From Eledone cirrhosa (Eukaryota): a stretch of 64,000 nt of DNA. Below are positions 40,719 to 54,800 of this stretch, piece after piece. A program made the translations under genes and the position numbers. The notes beneath the pieces are model-generated. The model did not search any database, had not been told where the DNA came from, and was given only the letters and a program-made list of their open reading frames with translations. How positions within the stretch are numbered: the stretch's first letter is position 1; every line of letters starts with the position of its first letter. Location: assembly GCA_964016885.1 (NCBI GenBank), contig OZ024741.1:26598001-26662000 (forward strand), given 5' to 3'.

Positions 40719-41115
40719 TATATTTTCCATTCTTCCTTTTCCTATCTAGTTCAACAATGTTATTGGTGACTGCTAGTATCATTGTTATGTGAAACTCAAG
40801 AAAGATATTGCCTGTTTCTGCCCATCATTTCCTCCAAACTTGGTTCATGTAGATTTCAGTTACTTTGTCCCAAGCTGCTGCCACAGTATTTTCTCAGATT
40901 GTTTAATTCTTTCTTCAACAAGTTATTTGAAAGTGTATAGGCCTCCATATTAGAAATGACACTGTGATCCTTTGGTTGGAATACAGAATGTAGCTCTGAA
41001 AGGTGTCAAGGTTTTGATGGTGACCTTAGAGTATTATCAATCACCAATATTTGTTGGATAAAGATATGAAACCACCCACTGTGTAAACATCTCTATTGTT
41101 ACATTAAAAAATGAG

Positions 41116-41394
41116 AAAACAGCTAAATGGTGTCAGTGACAGCGATGGGCAAAAATACTTCAGAGGACAGAGACCAGTGGCCAGTGGTCAACAGAGAGAC
41201 AAACCACAAGGTGGGTGACAGGCAGATGAAATATAGAAAAGAATTGTCCTCCTTCTCTTTCAATCTTTTCTATATTTCATCTGCCTGTCACCCACCTTAT
41301 GGAGTGTCTCTCTGTTCATCACTGGCCGCTGATCTCTGGCCTCTGAGGCATTTTTGCCCATCACTGTCTTTGAAAGCATTTATTTGGCTGTTTT
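41116..41394. repeat. Long inverted repeat (arms of about 125 bp, spacer of about 20 bp)
   Basis: ...aaggtgggtgacaggcagatgaaatatagaaaaga / tcttttctatatttcatctgcctgtcacccacctt...; a single-arm homologue lies at about 26900-27060. Confidence 0.9.
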
Positions 41395-41900
41395 AACTGC
41401 TGTTCTAGAGATGAGTTTTCTAATTTTTGATGATGATGATGACTCTTGCTTCGTCTCAATCAGAGGCAACAATGTTTTTTCATTTCTATTGTTATTTAAA
41501 CCTTCCTGTTTATACAGGCAGATATATATTTTTTATATTCCTTTCATTGGTTCTAATGTTTCAGACAAACTAGTAATGGCTTCCATTTCAGTTTCAAATT
41601 TCCTCAAGTATTACTGCCAAGTAAAAGTGTGAAACATTCTTTTCCGACCTTGATCCTTGATCCTAAAAGCTAGTATTATTTCCTTGATATCTGTAAGTAC
41701 ATGATGGCATTCTTTCCCAGAACAAACTTGTCTCATTTACAAGTCTGGGAGTGTAGCTGCTATTCTTGAGAATCTAGGAAATTTATTGACTGCCACCATC
41801 TCAGTATTTTCCACTTCATCACAGATGTGGATATATGTTATCATTTGAATGTGTTAAACCATCATCTATTGGCTATGAAGGATTCTCAATTATCTTCTTG

Positions 41901-42293
41901 TACTCTCAGGTCTCAAATACCCCCCCCCCCCCCCCCCAGCTTATTAAATTTTGCTAATCTATCTCCAGTAAAATTCTATTTTAAGTGGTAGCATTCCTGT
42001 GACAATTAATTTTCTTTAGACATTACAAAACATTATATATGACAAATAAAGTACCAGTAATGTACTGGGTAATTGCTGGCCTCGTGCCTAAAGTAGAAAC
42101 AATTATATATGACAAAAAAGTGCATTACTAGAAATCCTATAAGTTATGAAATATATAGGATGGGTTGGGGTCTCAATATGTAAACTAAACAACTAATTCT
42201 ATTTTTTTAAAAAAATCAATGGAGGCAACCTAGAAAAATTATCAAGTTTTCCAACCTCACCACTCCCACACACACATTTGGGACCCAAGAGTA
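41901..42293. mobile_element. Second copy of the TA-flanked MITE, opposite orientation
   Basis: TA|CTCTCAGGTCTCAAAT ... ATTTGGGACCCAAGAG|TA. Confidence 0.65.
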
Positions 42294-42844
42294 AGTGAAT
42301 AAAAACACATTTCACCTTTTCCATGATAAGTTGACTTAATGGCATGTTGTGTTACACTTCTTTCATCTTTCTATTTTAATTGCACTCAATACACTCTGTA
42401 AAGTGGTGGTGGTGGTACCATGAAATCAACTTATTCTGTAAGGTAGTTGGTGTTAGAAAGAACATCCAGCTATACATGATATGGTATGATCCCATAACTC
42501 CTGATGGAGACATAGGGACGCCGTATTCACATATAGCTTTCTCGGGTATTATAACCCTGGCGGAGCCCATCCCTCTCTAGGTCTGAATACAGTAGATTTC
42601 TTCCAGAGAAGATGGAAGTGAGAAAGAGAGAGAGAGGAAGATCGATCCCAGTTTTAGACTGGTACTTTTTTTATCAACCTTGAAAGCATGAAAGGGAAAG
42701 TTGACCGTGACAGGATTTGAGTTGCAAGGAATACCACAAAATATTCTATCTGCTGTTCTAACAACTTTGGCAATTTGCCGCCTTATCCAGCTATAGAAAC
42801 TTTGCCAAATATAGAATGTATGAGCAATACAGGTCACTCCAACC

Positions 42845-45800
42845 ACTGTGTAGTGAAACACACTATACTGGTACACTATAGTATATAACAGTGTATAGTA
42901 CACTGTGTAGTGAAACACACTGTACTGCTACACTACAGTATATAACAGTGTATAGTACACTGTGTAGTGAAACACACTGTACTGGTACATATAGTATATA
43001 ACAGTGTATAGTACACTGTGTAGTGAAACACACTGTACTGGTACATATAGTATATAACAGTGTATAGTACACTGTGTAGTGAAACACACTGTACTGGTAC
43101 ACTACAGTATATAACAGTGTATAGTACACTGTGTAGTGAAACACACTGTACTGGTACATATAGTATATAACAGTGTATAGTACACTGTGTAGTGAAACAC
43201 ACTGTACTGGTACACTACAGTATATAACAGTGTATAGTACACTGTGTAGTGAAACACACTGTACTGGTACATATAGTATATAACAGTGTATAGTACACTG
43301 TGTAGTGAAACACACTGTACTGGTACACTACAGTATATAACAGTGTACAGTACACTGTGTAGTGAAACACACTGTACTGGTACATATAGTATATAACAGT
43401 GTATAGTACACTGTGTAGTGAAACACACTGTACTGGTACATATAGTATATAACAGTGTATAGTACACTGTGTAGTGAAACACACTGTACTGCTACACTAC
43501 AGTATATAACAGTGTATAGTACACTGTGTAGTGAAACACACTGTACTGGTACATATAGTATATAACAGTGTATAGTACACTGTGTAGTGAAACACACTGT
43601 ACTGGTACACTACAGTATATAACAGTGTATAGTACACTGTGTAGTGAAACACACTGTACTGGTACATATAGTATATAACAGTGTATAGTACACTGTGTAG
43701 TGAAACACACTGTACTGCTACACTACAGTATATAACAGTGTATAGTACACTGTGTAGTGAAACACACTGTACTGCTACACTACAGTATATAACAGTGTAT
43801 AGTACACTGTGTAGTGAAACACACTGTACTGCTACACTACAGTATATAACAGTGTATAGTACACTGTGTAGTGAAACACACTGTACTGGTACATATAGTA
43901 TATAACAGTGTATAGTACACTGTGTAGTGAAACACACTGTACTGGTACACTACAGTATATAACAGTGTATAGTACACTGTGTTGTGAAACACACTGTACT
44001 GGTACATATAATATATAACAGTGTATAGTACACTATGTAGTGAAACACTGTACTGGTACACTATAGTATATACCAGTGTATAGTACACTGTGTAGTGAAA
44101 CACACTGTACTGCTACACTACAGTATATAACAGTGTATAGTACACTGTGTAGTGAAACACACTGTACTGCTACACTACAGTATATAACAGTGTATAGTAC
44201 ACTGTGTAATTAAACACACTGTACTGGTACATATAGTATCTAACAGTGTATAGTTCACTGTGTAGTGAAACACACTGCACTGGTACACTACAGTATATAA
44301 CAGTGTATAGTAAACTGTGTAGTGAAACACACTGTACTGGTACACTACAGTATATAACAGTGTATAGTACACTGTGTAGTGAAACACACTGTACTGGTAC
44401 ACTACAGTATATAGTACACTGTGTAGTGAAACACACTGTACTGGTACATATAGTATATAACAGTGTATAGTACACTGTGTAGTGAAACACACTGTACTGC
44501 TACACTACAGTATATAACAGTGTATACTACACTGTAGTGAAACACACTGTACTGGTACATATAGTATATAACAGTGTATAGTACACTGTGAAGTGAAACA
44601 CTGTACTGGTACATATAGTATATAACAGTGTATAGTACACTGTGTAGTGAAACACACTGTACTGGTACATATAATATATAACAGTGTATAGTACACTATG
44701 TAGTGAAACACTGTACTGGTACACTATAGTATATACCAGTGTATAGTACACTGTGTAGTGAAACACACTGTACTGCTACACTATAGTATATAACAGTGTA
44801 TAGTACACTGTGTAGTGAAACACACTGTACTGCTACACTACAGTATATAACAGTGTATAGTACACTGTGTAGTGAAACACACTGTACTGGTACACTATAG
44901 TATATACCAGTGTATAGTACACTGTGTAGTGAAACACACTGTACTGCTACACTACAGTATATAACAGTGTATAGTACACTGTAGTGAAACACACTGTACT
45001 GCTACATATAGTATATAACAGTGTATAGTACACTGTGAAGTGAAACACTGTACTGGTACATATAGTATATAACAGTGTATAGTACACTGTGTAGTGAAAC
45101 ACACTGTACTGGTACATATAATATATAACAGTGTATAGTACACTGTGTAGTGAAACACACTGTACTGGTACACTATAGTATATAACAGTGTATAGTACAC
45201 TGTGTAGTGAAACACACTGTACTTGTACACTATATTATATAACAGTGTATAGTACACTGTGTAGTGAAACACACTGTACTGGTACACTACAGTATATAAC
45301 AGTGTATAGTACACTGTGTAGTGAAACACAGTGTACTGGTACATATAGTATATAACAGTGTATAGTACACTGTGTAGTGAAACACACTGTACTGGTACAC
45401 TACAGTATATAACAGTGTATAGTACACTGTGTAGTGAAACACACTGTACTGATACACTACAGTATATAACAGTGTATAGTTCACTGTGTAGTGAAACACA
45501 CTGTACTGGTACACTACAGTATATAACAGTGTATAGTACACTGTGTAGTGAAACACACTGTACTGGTACATATAGTATATAACAGTGTATAGTTCACTGT
45601 GTAGTGAAACACACTGTACTGGTACATATAGTATATAACAGTGTATAGTACACTGTGTAGTGAAACACACTGCACTGGTACACAACAGAATATAACAGTG
45701 TATAGTACACTGTGTAGTGAAACACACTGTACTGCTACACTACAGTATATAACAGTGTATAGTACACTGTGTAGTGAAACACACTGTACTGGTACACTAC

Positions 45801-48800
45801 AGTATATACCAGTGTATAGTACACTGTGTAGTGAAACACACTGTACTGCTACACTACAGTATATAACAGTGTATAGTACACTGTGTAGTGAAACACACTG
45901 TACTGCTACACTACAGTATATAACAGTGTATAGTACACTGTGTAATTAAACACACTGTACTGGTACATATAGTATCTAACAGTGTATAGTTCACTGTGTA
46001 GTGAAACACACTGTACTGGTACATATAGTATATAACAGTGTATAGTACACTGTGTAGTGAAACACACTGTACTGCTACACTACAGTATATAACAGTGTAT
46101 AGTACACTGTAGTGAAACACACTGTACTGGTACATATAGTATATAACAGTGTATAGTACACTGTGAAGTGAAACACTGTACTGGTACATATAGTATATAA
46201 CAGTGTATAGTTCACTGTGTAGTGAAACACACTGTACTGGTACATATAATATATAACAGTGTATAGTACACTATGTAGTGAAACACTGTACTGGTACACT
46301 ATAGTATATACCAGTGTATAGTACACTGTGTAGTGAAACACACTGTACTGCTACACTATAGTATATAACAGTGTATAGTACACTGTGTAGTGAAACACAC
46401 TGTACTGCTACACTACAGTATATAACAGTGTATAGTACACTGTGTAGTGAAACACACTGTACTGGTACACTATAGTATATACCAGTGTATAGTACACTGT
46501 GTAGTGAAACACACTGTACTGCTACACTACAGTATATAACAGTGTATAGTACACTGTAGTGAAACACACTGTACTGCTACATATAGTATATAACAGTGTA
46601 TAGTACACTGTGAAGTGAAACACTGTACTGGTACATATAGTATATAACAGTGTATAGTACACTGTGTAGTGAAACACACTGTACTGGTACATATAATATA
46701 TAACAGTGTATAGTACACTGTGTAGTGAAACACACTGTACTGGTACACTATAGTATATAACAGTGTATAGTACACTGTGTAGTGAAACACACTGTACTTG
46801 TACACTATATTATATAACAGTGTATAGTACACTGTGTAGTGAAACACACTGTACTGGTACACTACAGTATATAACAGTGTATAGTACACTGTGTAGTGAA
46901 ACACAGTGTACTGGTACATATAGTATATAACAGTGTATAGTACACTGTGTAGTGAAACACACTGTACTGGTACACTACAGTATATAACAGTGTATAGTAC
47001 ACTGTGTAGTGAAACACACTGTACTGATACACTACAGTATATAACAGTGTATAGTTCACTGTGTAGTGAAACACACTGTACTGGTACACTACAGTATATA
47101 ACAGTGTATAGTACACTGTGTAGTGAAACACACTGTACTGGTACATATAGTATATAACAGTGTATAGTTCACTGTGTAGTGAAACACACTGTACTGGTAC
47201 ATATAGTATATAACAGTGTATAGTACACTGTGTAGTGAAACACACTGCACTGGTACACAACAGAATATAACAGTGTATAGTACACTGTGTAGTGAAACAC
47301 ACTGTACTGCTACACTACAGTATATAACAGTGTATAGTACACTGTGTAGTGAAACACACTGTACTGGTACACTACAGTATATAACAGTGTATAGTACACT
47401 GTGTAGTGAAACACACTGTACTGGTACATATAGTATATAACAGTGTATAGTACACTGTGTAGTGAAACACACTGTACTGCTACACTACAGTATATAAGAG
47501 TGTATAGTACACTGTGTAGTGAAACACACTGTACTGGTACACTACAGTATATAACAGTGTATAGTACACTGTGTAGTGAAACACACTGTACTGGTACATA
47601 TAGTATATAACAGTGTATAGTTCACTGTGTAGTGAAACACACTGTACTGGTACATATAGTATATAACAGTGTATAGTTCACTGTGTAGTGAAACACTGTA
47701 CTGCTACACTACAGTATATAACAGTGTATAGTACACAGTGTATTGAAACACACTGTACTGCTACACTACAGTATATAACAGTGTATAGTACACTGTGAAG
47801 TGAAACACACTGTACTGGTACATATAGTATATAACAGTGTATAGTACACTGTGTAGTGAAACACACTGTACTGGTACATATAATATATAACAGTGTATAG
47901 TACACTGTGTAGTGAAACACACTGTACTGGTACACTGTAGTATGTAACAGTGTATAGTACACTGTGTAGTGAAACACACTGTACTTGTACACTATAGTAT
48001 ATAACAGTGTATAGTACACTGTGTAGTGAAACACACTGTACTGGTACACTATAGTATATAACAGTGTATAGTACACTGGGTAGTGAAACACACTGTACTG
48101 CTACACTATAGTATATAACAGTGTATAGTACACTGTGTAGTGAAACACACTGTACTGGTACATATAGTATATAACAGTGTATAGTACACTGTGTAGTGAA
48201 ACACACTGTACTGCTACACTACAGTATATAACAGTGTATAGTACACTGTAGTGAAACACACTGTACTGGTACATATAGTATATAACAGTGTATAGTACAC
48301 TGTGAAGTGAAACACTGTACTGGTACATATAGTATATAACAGTGTATAGTACACTGTGTAGTGAAACACACTGTACTGGTACATATAATATATAACAGTG
48401 TATAGTACACTATGTAGTGAAACACTGTACTGGTACACTATAGTATATACCAGTGTATAGTACACTGTGTAGTGAAACACACTGTACTGCTACACTATAG
48501 TATATAACAGTGTATAGTACACTGTGTAGTGAAACACACTGTACTGCTACACTACAGTATATAACAGTGTATAGTACACTGTGTAGTGAAACACACTGTA
48601 CTGGTACACTATAGTATATACCAGTGTATAGTACACTGTGTAGTGAAACACACTGTACTGCTACACTACAGTATATAACAGTGTATAGTACACTGTAGTG
48701 AAACACACTGTACTGCTACATATAGTATATAACAGTGTATAGTACACTGTGAAGTGAAACACTGTACTGGTACATATAGTATATAACAGTGTATAGTACA

Positions 48801-51800
48801 CTGTGTAGTGAAACACACTGTACTGGTACATATAATATATAACAGTGTATAGTACACTGTGTAGTGAAACACACTGTACTGGTACACTATAGTATATAAC
48901 AGTGTATAGTACACTGTGTAGTGAAACACACTGTACTTGTACACTATATTATATAACAGTGTATAGTACACTGTGTAGTGAAACACACTGTACTGGTACA
49001 CTACAGTATATAACAGTGTATAGTACACTGTGTAGTGAAACACAGTGTACTGGTACATATAGTATATAACAGTGTATAGTACACTGTGTAGTGAAACACA
49101 CTGTACTGGTACACTACAGTATATAACAGTGTATAGTACACTGTGTAGTGAAACACACTGTACTGATACACTACAGTATATAACAGTGTATAGTTCACTG
49201 TGTAGTGAAACACACTGTACTGGTACACTACAGTATATAACAGTGTATAGTACACTGTGTAGTGAAACACACTGTACTGGTACATATAGTATATAACAGT
49301 GTATAGTTCACTGTGTAGTGAAACACACTGTACTGGTACATATAGTATATAACAGTGTATAGTACACTGTGTAGTGAAACACACTGCACTGGTACACAAC
49401 AGAATATAACAGTGTATAGTACACTGTGTAGTGAAACACACTGTACTGCTACACTACAGTATATAACAGTGTATAGTACACTGTGTAGTGAAACACACTG
49501 TACTGGTACACTACAGTATATAACAGTGTATAGTACACTGTGTAGTGAAACACACTGTACTGGTACATATAGTATATAACAGTGTATAGTACACTGTGTA
49601 GTGAAACACACTGTACTGCTACACTACAGTATATAAGAGTGTATAGTACACTGTGTAGTGAAACACACTGTACTGGTACACTACAGTATATAACAGTGTA
49701 TAGTACACTGTGTAGTGAAACACACTGTACTGGTACATATAGTATATAACAGTGTATAGTTCACTGTGTAGTGAAACACACTGTACTGGTACATATAGTA
49801 TATAACAGTGTATAGTTCACTGTGTAGTGAAACACACTGTACTGCTACACTACAGTATATAACAGTGTATAGTACACAGTGTATTGAAACACACTGTACT
49901 GCTACACTACAGTATATAACAGTGTATAGTACACTGTGAAGTGAAACACACTGTACTGGTACATATAGTATATAACAGTGTATAGTACACTGTGTAGTGA
50001 AACACACTGTACTGGTACATATAATATATAACAGTGTATAGTACACTGTGTAGTGAAACACACTGTACTGGTACACTGTAGTATGTAACAGTGTATAGTA
50101 CACTGTGTAGTGAAACACACTGTACTTGTACACTATAGTATATAACAGTGTATAGTACACTGTGTAGTGAAACACACTGTACTGGTACACTATAGTATAT
50201 AACAGTGTATAGTACACTGGGTAGTGAAACACACTGTACTGCTACACTATAGTATATAACAGTGTATAGTACACTGTGTAGTGAAACACTGTACTTGTAC
50301 ATATAGTATATAACAGTTTATAGTACACTGTGTAGTGAAACACACTGTACTGGTACATATAGTATATAACAGTGTATAGTACACTGTGTAGTGAAACACA
50401 CTGTACTGGTACACAGTATATAACAGTGTATAGTAAACTGTGTAGTGAAACACGCTGTGCTGGTACACTACAGTATATAACAGTGTATAGTACACTGTGT
50501 AGTGAAACAAACTGTACTGGTACACTACAGTATATAACAGTGAATAGTACACTGTGTAGTGAAACACATTGTACTGGTACATATAGTATATAACAGTGTA
50601 TAGTACACTGTGTAGTGTAACACACTGTACTACTACACTATAGTATATAACAGTGTATAGTACACTGTGTAGTGAAACACACTGTACTGGTACACTACAG
50701 TATATAACAGTGTATAGTACACTGTGTAGTGAAACACACTGTACTGCTACACTATAGTATATAACAGTGTATAGTACACTGTGTAGTGAAACACACTGTA
50801 CTGGTACACTACAGTATATAACAGTGTATAGTACACTGTGTAGTGAAACACACTGTACTGGTACATATAGTATATAACTGTATAGTACACTGTGTAGTGA
50901 AACGCACTGTACTGCTACACTACAGTATATAACAGTGTATAGTACACTGTGTAGTGAAACTCACTGTACTGGTACATATAGTATATAGCAGTGTATAGTT
51001 CACTGTGTAGTGAAACACACTGTACTGGTACATATAGTATATAACAGTGTATAGTACTCTGTGTAGTGAAACACACTGTACTGGTACATATAGTATATAA
51101 CACTGTATAGTACTCTGTGTAGTGAAACACACTGTACTGGTACACTATAGTATATAACAGTGTATAGTACACTGTGTAGTGAAACACACTGTACTGCTAC
51201 ACTATAGTATATAACAGTGTGTAGTGAAAACACACTGTACTGGTACACTACAGTATATAACAGTGTATAGTACACTGTGTAGTGAAACACACTGTACTGG
51301 TACATATAGTATATAACAGTGTATAGTACACTGTGTAGTGAAACACACTGTACTGGTACATATAGTATATAACTGTATAGTACACTGTGTAGTGAAACAC
51401 ACTGTACTGGTACATTTAGTATATAACAGTGTATAGTACACTGTGAAGTGAAACACACTGTACTGGTACATATAGTATATAACAGTGTATAGTACACTGT
51501 GAAGTGAAACACTGTACTGGTACATATAGTATATAACAGTGTATAGTACACTGTGTAGTGAAACACACTGTACTGGTACATATAATATATAACAGTGTAT
51601 AGTACACTGTGTAGTGAAACACACTGTACTGGTACACTATAGTATATAACAGTGTATAGTACACTGTGTAGTGAAACACACTGTACTTGTACACTATATT
51701 ATATAACAGTGTATAGTACACTGTGTAGTGAAACACACTGTACTGGTACACTATAGTATATAACAGTGTATGGTACACTGGGTAGTGAAACACACTGTAC

Positions 51801-54800
51801 TGCTACACTATAGTATATAACAGTGTATAGTACACTGTGTAGTGAAACACAATGTACTGGTACATATAGTATATAACAGTGTATAGTACACTGTGTAGTG
51901 AAACACACTGTACTGGTACACACTGTATATAACTGTATAGTAAACTGTGTAGTGAAACACACTGTACTGGTACACTACAGTATATAACAGTGTATAGTAC
52001 ACTGTGTAGTGAAACACACTGTACTGGTACACTACAGTATATAACAGTGAATAGTACACTGTGTAGTGAAACACACTGTACTGGTACATATAGTATATAA
52101 CAGTGTATAGTACACTGTGTAGTGAAACACACTGTACTGGTACATATAGTATATAACAGTGTATAGTTCAATGTGTAGTGAAACACACTGTACTGGTACA
52201 TATAGTATATAACAGTGTATAGTACACTGTGTAGTGAAACACAATGTACTGGTACATATAGTATATAACAGTGTATAGTACACTGTGTAGTGAAACACAC
52301 TGTACTGGTACACTACAGTATATAACAGTGTATAGTACACTGTGTAGTGAAACACAGTGTACTGGTACATATAGTATATAACAGTGTATAGTACACTGTG
52401 TAGTGAAACACACTGTACTGGTAGACTACAGTATATAACAGTGTATAGTACACTGTGTAGTGAAACACACTGTACTGCTACACTACAGTATATAACAGTG
52501 TATAGTTCACTGTGTAGTGAAACACACTGTACTGGTACACTACAGTATATAACAGTGTATAGTACACTGTGTAGTGAAACACAGTGTACTGGTACATATA
52601 GTATATAACAGTGTATAGTTCACTGTGTAGTGAAACACACTGTACTGGTACATATAGTATATAACAGTGTATAGTACACTGTGTAGTGAAACACACTGCA
52701 CTGGTACACAACAGAATATAACAGTGTATAGTACACTGTGTAGTGAAACACACTGTACTGCTACACTACAGTATATAACAGTGTATAGTACACTGTGTAG
52801 TGAAACACACTGTACTGGTACACTACAGTATATAACAGTGTATAGTACACTGTGTAGTGAAACACACTGTACTGGTACATATAGTATATAACAGTGTATA
52901 GTACACTGTGTAGTGAAACACACTGTACTGCTACACTACAGTATATAAGAGTGTATAGTACACTGTGTAGTGAAACACACTGTACTGGTACATATAATAT
53001 ATAATAGTGTATAGTACACTGTGTAGTGAAACACACTGTACTGGTACACTATAGTATGTAACATTGTATAGTACACTGTGTAGTGAAACACACTGTACTT
53101 GTACACTATAGTATATAACAGTGTATAGTACACTGTGTAGTGAAACACACTGTACTGGTACACTATAGTATATAACAGTGTATAGTACACTGGGTAGTGA
53201 AACACACTGTATTGCTACACTATAGTATATAACAGTGTATAATACACTGTGTAGTGAAACACACTGTACTGGTACACACAGTATATAACAGTGTATAGTA
53301 AACTGTGTAGTGTAACACACTGTACTGGTACATATAGTATATAACAGTGTATAGTACACTGTGTAGTGAAACACACTGTACTGGTACATATAGTATATAA
53401 CAGTGTATAGTACACTGTGTAGTGAAACACACTGTACTGGTACATATAATATATAACAGTGTATAGTACACTATGTAGTGAAACACTGTACTGGTACACT
53501 ATAGTATATACTAGTGTATAGTACACTGTGTAGTGAAACACACTGTACTGCTACACTATAGTATATAACAGTGTATAGTACACTGTGTAGTGAAACACAC
53601 TGTACTGCTACACTACAGTATATAACAGTGTATAGTACACTGTGTAGTGAAACACACTGTACTGGTACACTATAGTATATACCAGTGTATAGTACACTGT
53701 GTAGTGAAACACACTGTACTGCTACACTACAGTATATAACAGTGTATAGTACACTGTACTGGTACACTATAGTATATAACAGTGTATAGTACACTGTGTA
53801 GTGAAACACACTGTACTTGTACACTATATTATATAACAGTGTATAGTACACTGTGTAGTGAAACACACTGTACTGGTACACTATAGTATATAACAGTGTA
53901 TGGTACACTGGGTAGTGAAACACACTGTACTGCTACACTATAGTATATAACAGTGTATAGTACACTGTGTAGTGAAACACAATGTACTGGTACATATAGT
54001 ATATAACAGTGTATAGTACACTGTGTAGTGAAACACACTGTACTGGTACACTACAGTATATAACAGTGTATAGTACACTGTGTAGTGAAACACAGTGTAC
54101 TGGTACATATAGTATATAACAGTGTATAGTACACTGTGTAGTGAAACACACTGTGCTGGTACACTACAGTATATAACAGTGTATAGTACACTGTGTAGTG
54201 AAACACACTGTACTGCTACACTACAGTATATAACAGTGTATAGTTCACTGTGTAGTGAAACACACTGTACTGGTACACTACAGTATATAACAGTGTATAG
54301 TACACTGTGTAGTGAAACACACTGTACTGCTACATATAGTATATAACAGTGTATAGTTCACTGTGTAGTGAAACACACTGTACTGGTACATATAGTATAT
54401 AACAGTGTATAGTACACTGTGTAGTGAAACACACTGCACTGGTACACAACAGAATATAACAGTGTATAGTACACTGTGTAGTGAAACACACTGTACTGCT
54501 ACACTACAGTATATAACAGTGTATAGTACACTGTGTAGTGAAACACACTGTACTGGTACACTACAGTATATAACAGTGTATAGTACACTGTGTAGTGAAA
54601 CACACTGTACTGGTACATATAGTATATAACAGTGTATAGTACACTGTGTAGTGAAACACACTGTACTGCTACACTACAGTATATAAGAGTGTATAGTACA
54701 CTGTGTAGTGAAACACACTGTACTGGTACACTACAGTATATAACAGTGTATAGTACACTGTGTAGTGAAACACACTGTACTGGTACATATAGTATATAAC

